DNA from: Sandaracinaceae bacterium
GTDB lineage: Bacteria; Myxococcota_A; Polyangia; Polyangiales; Sandaracinaceae
DNA length: 23,897 nucleotides
NCBI GenBank assembly: GCA_044220955.1
Contig: JBGAQA010000097.1
Coordinates: 1-23,897 of the forward strand
Reading direction: 5' to 3'
In this document: piece after piece, positions 18,764 through 23,897 of the stretch
Position numbering within the stretch: position 1 is the first letter of the stretch
Layout of the letters: each line of letters starts with the position of its first letter
The notes under the pieces: generated by a model
Told to the model about the DNA's origin: nothing
Database searches by the model: none
What the model saw: only the letters and a program-made list of their open reading frames with translations
Translations under genes and position numbers: made by a program

Positions 18764-19677
18764 TGGTCCAGCTCCTCCCGCACGTAGTTCGCGAGCGCGC
18801 TGGGCGGCTCGTGAAAGCGGCGGCCGTTGATGAAGAACGTGGGCGTCCCCTCCACGCCGAGCTCGTGGCCGGCGTCGTGGTCGGCGTCGATGCGCGCCTG
18901 GGTCTCGGGCGCGGCCACGTCGGTGTGGAAGCGCTCCATGTCGAGGCCGAGCTCCGTCGCGAAGCGGTCGATGTCGGAGTCCTCGAGCGTGTCCTGGTGC
19001 TCGAAGATCAGGTCGGCCATCTCCCAGAACTTGTCCTGGTTGCCCGCCGCGACCGCCGCGCGCGCCGCCGGGACGGCCCGCGGGTGACCCGGCAGCGGGT
19101 AGTTGCGGAACACGACCCGGACCTCGCCCTCGAACTCGCGGAGCAGCTGCCGCAGGATCGGGTGCGCCGCGCCGCAGTGCGGACACTGGAAGTCGCTGAA
19201 CTCGACGATCGTGACGCGCGCCATGACCGCGCCGCGCGTCGGGAAGCCGTCGGTCGCGACCTCGAGGTCGGTGTCGTGGCCGTAGCGCATGTCGTAGAGA
19301 TCCTCGATCTCCGAGCGCTCGTAGCCCTCGCCGATCAGGCGCGCGACGTAGCGGGCGGCGGGCACGCAGCGACGGCAGGCGTGATCGCCGCTCGCGCCCG
19401 TCGCGCAGCGCGCCACGCTCACGGCCTCGCCGCACGGCGAGAGCTGCTCGTTGACGACGTCGACCCAGATGCGGCGCTCGGCGCCCGTCAGCTCGGAGAT
19501 GTCGACCCCGGGGATCGACTCCACCCGCGGCCCCGGCGCGGCGTGCTCGGCGCCCGAGCCCTGCCCCTCCCCGCTCGATTGCTCCTGCGAGCCCCCGCTG
19601 CAGCTCGCTCCCATGAGCACGGACGCCGTGGCGAGGAGCGCGGCCGCGGCGACGAGGCTGGATCGACCGTTCTTCAT
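18760..19677 (-). CDS. DsbA-family thioredoxin-fold lipoprotein
   Basis: ATG 19677, lipobox-like GASC, EFSDFQCPHC and GVEGTPTFFING. Confidence 0.9.
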   Translation of the reverse strand: MKNGRSSLVAAAALLATASVLMGASCSGGSQEQSSGEGQGSGAEHAAPGPRVESIPGVDISELTGAERRIWVDVVNEQLSPCGEAVSVARCATGASGDHACRRCVPAARYVARLIGEGYERSEIEDLYDMRYGHDTDLEVATDGFPTRGAVMARVTIVEFSDFQCPHCGAAHPILRQLLREFEGEVRVVFRNYPLPGHPRAVPAARAAVAAGNQDKFWEMADLIFEHQDTLEDSDIDRFATELGLDMERFHTDVAAPETQARIDADHDAGHELGVEGTPTFFINGRRFHEPPSALANYVREELDQ

Positions 19678-19751
19678 GACGGGGCCGACTCTAGCAAAAG
19701 CGCCGCGCTCGGAAAGGACCGTGATCACACGCGGATCTCGCGTGCGCCCGG

Positions 19752-20954
19752 TCAAGCGGGCGCGGCCGGGGCGATGGGCGTCGCCGGCGGCAGCCCGTCC
19801 CGGGCGACCTGCAGCGCGTAGCGGAGCACCAGCTCCGGCATGTGCCCCACGAGCCGGCCGTACGCGTCGTTCCCCGCGCCCGCCAGGGCGCGCAGGTGCT
19901 CCATCTCGAAGAGCACGCGCAGCCAGCGAAACGGGTGCCGCCCGTAGAGCCGATCGGCCAGGCGGGCCTGGAACCACAGGTTCTGCCCCTCCGCCGTCGC
20001 GGCGAAGCGCGCCTCGTAGAGCGGCACGCGATCCTCGCTGCGGTCGAGCGCCTCGCGCACGCGCTCGGCGGCGAAGACCGCGGAGAACATCGAGGGAGCG
20101 ATGCCCTCGCCGAGCAGCGCGTCGATGCCGTGCGCCTCACCCACGAGCAAGAGGCCCGGCCGGTGCGCCCGCGCCCCGACGTCCCAGTAGCGCTCGGGCC
20201 AGCCGGCGATCTTGTCGCCCGTCCGGCGGAAGCCCCGGGCCTCGGCGTAGCGCTCCGTGAACGCGCGCAGCGACTCCCCGCTCACGCGCCCTCGCCCGTC
20301 CATGACGCCGATCTGGAAGAGATCCTCGCCGTGCGCGCTCGGAAAGACCCACGCGTAGCCGGGGATGCCCTCGAGGATCGGGTCGAAGTCGAAGTCGAGC
20401 CGGTCCCGCGGCATGTCGGCGTCGCCGCGCTCGAAGGTCGCCTCCACGAGGCGCCCGGTGATGCCCCCGCGCAGTCCGGAGACGCGGCGCGTGATCCCGT
20501 TCGCTCCGTCCGCCCCGATCACCCACCGGAAGGTCTCCGTCGCGCCGCCCATGGTGACGCGCCAGTCATCGACGCCCGGCGCGAGCGCGGTGACCGTCGT
20601 CTCCTCGCGCACGTGCACGCCGGCCGCGCGCACGCGCCCGAGCAGCCACGTGTCGAGCGTGGCGCGGTCGTAGACCCACTGGGGCCCGCGCTCGCGCACG
20701 TCGAGGCGACCCACCTGCGCGCGGAACTCGAGAGAGCTCGTCACGAGCGCGCCGGGCGGCCGCTCGCCGAAGAGATCGCCCAAGAGCTCGGTGCCGCGGA
20801 ACGTGACGCCGCCGCCGCAGAGCTTGGGTCGCGGAAAGCGCGCCTTGTCGACGACGACGAGATCGCCGGGCTCGATGCCGCACCGGATCGCCGACATGAC
20901 GAACGCCGACCCCGCGGGGCCGGCACCGATCACGAGGACGCGAGGGCGGGCCAT
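19752..20954 (-). CDS. Geranylgeranyl-reductase-family FAD-dependent oxidoreductase
   Basis: GAGPAGS, FPRPKLCGGG, IGADGANG, GYAWVFP and GEGI. Confidence 0.85.
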   Translation of the reverse strand: MARPRVLVIGAGPAGSAFVMSAIRCGIEPGDLVVVDKARFPRPKLCGGGVTFRGTELLGDLFGERPPGALVTSSLEFRAQVGRLDVRERGPQWVYDRATLDTWLLGRVRAAGVHVREETTVTALAPGVDDWRVTMGGATETFRWVIGADGANGITRRVSGLRGGITGRLVEATFERGDADMPRDRLDFDFDPILEGIPGYAWVFPSAHGEDLFQIGVMDGRGRVSGESLRAFTERYAEARGFRRTGDKIAGWPERYWDVGARAHRPGLLLVGEAHGIDALLGEGIAPSMFSAVFAAERVREALDRSEDRVPLYEARFAATAEGQNLWFQARLADRLYGRHPFRWLRVLFEMEHLRALAGAGNDAYGRLVGHMPELVLRYALQVARDGLPPATPIAPAAPA

Positions 20955-21028
20955 GGCGGCCCGAACATGGCCTCGAACGCCTCAGGCGACCACTGCACGC
21001 TGCGCCGCGCCCGTGAGACGATGGGGCC

Positions 21029-22954
21029 ATGGCGCGCTCGCCCCACGGACTCCTCCTCGCCCCGCACCTCGCCCTCGCTCTCGGCCTCGCTCTCGGCCTC
21101 GCGGCGGGCTGCGGCGTCAACGGCACGCCGCCCCCGCGCCGCGACGGCGGCGTGGACGCGGCCGTCGGGCTCGACGCCTCGACCGGCGACGACGCCTTCG
21201 TCCCCCCGCGCGACGCGGCACCGCGCACCGACGCCGGGGACGTCTGCGGCGACGGCACGCGCGGCATCACCGAGAGCTGCGACGATCACGGCACCGCTCC
21301 GGGCGACGGCTGCTCGGCCACGTGCACGATCGAGGACGGCTTCCGCTGCCCCGCCGTAGGCCCGTGCCGACCCATCGTCTGCGGGGATCGCATGGTCGAG
21401 GCCCCCGAGCGCTGCGACGACGGCGACACCAGCCCGGGCGACGGCTGCTCTACGGGCTGTCAGATCGAGAGCGGGTGGGCGTGCCCGATCGCGGGCGTCG
21501 CGTGCAGCGCCGCGATGTGCGGCGACACCATCGTCGCGGGCCTCGAGCAGTGCGACGACGGAGGCGCGGCCCCGGGCGACGGCTGCGGCGCCGACTGCCG
21601 GCTCGAGGCAGGCTACGTCTGCACGCCAGGCGCAGGCTGTCGCGCCACGACGTGCGGCGACGGGGTGCGCGAGGGCTCGGAGCAGTGCGACGACCACAAC
21701 GTGCGCGCCTTCGACGGGTGCGATCCGTTCTGCAACAACGAGCCCGCGTGCAGCGGGGGGACGTGCTCGTCGGTCTGCGGCGACGGCGTGATCCTGCCCG
21801 GTGGCACGGAGCAGTGCGACGACGGAAACGTGCTCGCGGGCGACGGCTGCAGCGCCACCTGCACGCGCGAGGACGGGTTCACGTGCGACCTCGTCGCAGG
21901 GACGCTCCCCGACCGCATCCGGCTGCCCGTCGTGTACCGCGACTTCCGCGGCATCTCGCAGACCGGCGCGCCCATCCACGAGGACTTCGACGCGCGCGGC
22001 GGCAGCGGCATCACGTTCTCGATGACGACCGACACGCTCGACGCCGAGGGGCGCCCGGCGTGGAGCGGGATCGTCGTCGGCGGCTCGGGCGCCAACAGCG
22101 CCGCGTCGTTCCACGACTGGTACCGCGACAGCTCGCGCAACACCGCGGTGCTCGACTTCCTGACGCTCGATCGGATCGGCACGACGAGCGGCTACCAGTT
22201 CGACAGCGGCGCCGCCGGCTTCTTCCCTCTCGACGGCCGCGGCTGGAACGGACCGACGTCGTCGGCGCCCGAGACGTACTCGACCCCGCACAACTACTCG
22301 TTCACCACCGAGACCCACACCTGGTTCGTGTACCAGGGCACGGAGCGGCTCGACTTCACCGGAGACGACGACGTGTGGGTGTTCGTCGACGGGCACCTCT
22401 GCCTCGACGTCGGAGGCCTGCACCCGCCGGAGACGGCGACGATGGACTTCGCCAACCCCGGCAGCGCCGGGAGCCCGCAGCAGACCGCCATCGTCACCGC
22501 GTGCGCCGCGCGCCTGACGCCAGGGCGCGTGTACGAGATGGTCGTGTTCCACGCCGAGCGCCGGTGCTGCGGCTCCAACTTCCACCTCGCGCTCACCGGG
22601 TTCGTGACCGAGACGTCCAGCTGCCGCCCGACGTGCGGCGACGGCGTGGTGACGCGCTTCGAGCTCTGCGACGACGGCGCAGGCAACAACACCGGCGCGT
22701 ACGGGCGATGCGGAACGGACTGCCTGAGCCGCGGCCCCTACTGCGGCGACGGCCACGTCGACGCCGGCCACGAGGCCTGCGACGAGGGCACCGACGCCAA
22801 CGACGGCCACTACGGGGGGTGCAACCCCGACTGCACCGAAGGGCCGCGCTGCGGAGACGGCGTGCGGCAGGGCGCCGAGCAGTGCGACGCCGGTGCCGCG
22901 AACGGCACGCCGGGCGCCAGCTGCGATGCCGCCTGCAACCTGACCATCGGCTGA
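21029..22954 (+). CDS. Lipoprotein with myxobacterial Cys-rich (CGDG..E.CDDG, DUF4215-like) repeats and fibro-slime/PA14 domain
   Basis: LAAGC lipobox and repeated CGDG/CDDG/GDGC units. Fibro-slime motifs: YRDF, FFPLDG, HNYSFTTE, FTGDDDVWVF, DVGGLH and FHAER..SNF. Confidence 0.9.
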   Translation: MARSPHGLLLAPHLALALGLALGLAAGCGVNGTPPPRRDGGVDAAVGLDASTGDDAFVPPRDAAPRTDAGDVCGDGTRGITESCDDHGTAPGDGCSATCTIEDGFRCPAVGPCRPIVCGDRMVEAPERCDDGDTSPGDGCSTGCQIESGWACPIAGVACSAAMCGDTIVAGLEQCDDGGAAPGDGCGADCRLEAGYVCTPGAGCRATTCGDGVREGSEQCDDHNVRAFDGCDPFCNNEPACSGGTCSSVCGDGVILPGGTEQCDDGNVLAGDGCSATCTREDGFTCDLVAGTLPDRIRLPVVYRDFRGISQTGAPIHEDFDARGGSGITFSMTTDTLDAEGRPAWSGIVVGGSGANSAASFHDWYRDSSRNTAVLDFLTLDRIGTTSGYQFDSGAAGFFPLDGRGWNGPTSSAPETYSTPHNYSFTTETHTWFVYQGTERLDFTGDDDVWVFVDGHLCLDVGGLHPPETATMDFANPGSAGSPQQTAIVTACAARLTPGRVYEMVVFHAERRCCGSNFHLALTGFVTETSSCRPTCGDGVVTRFELCDDGAGNNTGAYGRCGTDCLSRGPYCGDGHVDAGHEACDEGTDANDGHYGGCNPDCTEGPRCGDGVRQGAEQCDAGAANGTPGASCDAACNLTIG

Positions 22955-23023
22955 CGCTTTCCCCGCGGCGCGTGTGGCGTTGGCGGCCCGCCCGGGGCGT
23001 CGCGCGCGCCCGCCCGCGCCGAG

Positions 23024-23896
23024 TCATCTCCGAGCGCGGAGCGCGTCCCGCGCGCCCGCCACGACCTCGTCGCCGATCTCCTCGGCGCCGAGGTGGAGCG
23101 GCGCGGCGCGGAGCCCGAGCGAGCGCGCCGCGGCGAGGTAGGCGCGCGCGGCCGGCAGGTCCACCAGGCCCAGGGTCGCCGGCAGCTCGGGCCGCGCGAG
23201 GCGCAGGAGCGGCTCGAGCATGCAGCTCGGCAGGCCCACGCGCGGCCGGGCCGACTCGACGCGAGCGCGCGAGGGCTCGAGCGCCGGCGGGAGCGCCAGC
23301 GTGCGCAGCGTCGTCCCCGCGTCGATCAGCCCCGCGCCCGCGAAGAGCGCATCCCGGGCGCCGCGCATGCGCGACCAGCCGGCCTCCACGTCGATCACGG
23401 GCGGGAACGAGTCGTCGAGGACGATCGTCCCCGGGCGGACGCCGTGCGCGTCGACGACGGCGCCTCCGCTCGAGGCAGCGACGATCAGCTCGCACGCCAG
23501 CGCCGCCTCCGGCAGCGCCGGCGTCGCGTGCGCGAGCACGACGTCCCTCGCTCCGGCCCGCCCGAGCCGCAGCGCGATCTCGCGCGTCCGCGCCTCCGCC
23601 CGCGGCAGGTCGCACAGGACGATCGCGCGAGGCGCTCCGAGAACCTCCACCGCCAGCTCGGCCGCGGCGGCGCCGACGGATCCGAGCCCCACGAACGCGA
23701 CGCGCAGCCCCGCCCACGGGCCACCGACCCGCCCGAGGGCGTGCTCGATCGTGAGGACGATCGAGGCCGCCGTCGTCGCGTGCCCGGTCGTGAGCGCCAG
23801 GCCCGGGGGCGGGACGAGCGCGCGGCCGTAGCCCGTGCGCGCGGGCAGCATCCCGGCGAGCGAGGCCTGCCGCGCGCCGAGCGAGGCGCCGAGCGC
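23024..23896 (-). CDS. Acyl-ACP-reductase/shikimate-dehydrogenase-like NAD(P)-binding domain, C-terminal part of a gene entering from the right
   Basis: The frame is open to the window end (ALGASLGARQASLAGMLP...). Motifs: TTGHATT, Rossmann FVGLGSVG and PGTIVLDDSFP. Confidence 0.65.
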   Translation of the reverse strand, partial: ALGASLGARQASLAGMLPARTGYGRALVPPPGLALTTGHATTAASIVLTIEHALGRVGGPWAGLRVAFVGLGSVGAAAAELAVEVLGAPRAIVLCDLPRAEARTREIALRLGRAGARDVVLAHATPALPEAALACELIVAASSGGAVVDAHGVRPGTIVLDDSFPPVIDVEAGWSRMRGARDALFAGAGLIDAGTTLRTLALPPALEPSRARVESARPRVGLPSCMLEPLLRLARPELPATLGLVDLPAARAYLAAARSLGLRAAPLHLGAEEIGDEVVAGARDALRARR

Positions 23897-23897
23897 G

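Noticed and set aside
16085..18787. 900-aa plus-strand ORF and similar long ORFs (13663-15147, 20791-23754)
   Set aside because: Shadow frames of well-supported genes, with low-complexity R/A/P composition and no motifs.

Overview
A very GC-rich bacterial window whose protein families (MYXO-CTERM, myxobacterial Cys-rich repeats, deltaproteobacterial-type pilins) point to Myxococcota; the taxonomy is inferred. The core is a type IV pilin locus: a PilR-like sigma-54 activator, two tandem type IV pilin genes, a PilG-like accessory gene, a divergent TPR lipoprotein and three GT-C-fold membrane glycosyltransferase genes. The second pilin has its own sigma-54 promoter, two phased dyad enhancer sites and a terminator. 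This locus is interrupted by a ~5.4 kb segment (2213-7618) bounded by an exact 38-bp direct repeat of the TPR gene 3' end. That segment carries a frameshifted IS91/ISCR-like transposase remnant, a coupled pair of Cys-rich surface-protein genes (nidogen-like; FG-GAP/disintegrin-like/MYXO-CTERM), a broken PIN toxin and a hypothetical gene. The right half holds folD-mazG-enoyl-CoA hydratase-AI-2E, a PilZ protein, a DsbA/TlpA pair, a geranylgeranyl-reductase-family flavoprotein, a fibro-slime lipoprotein and a partial reductase-like ORF. All calls come from motif recognition by eye; no searches were run.
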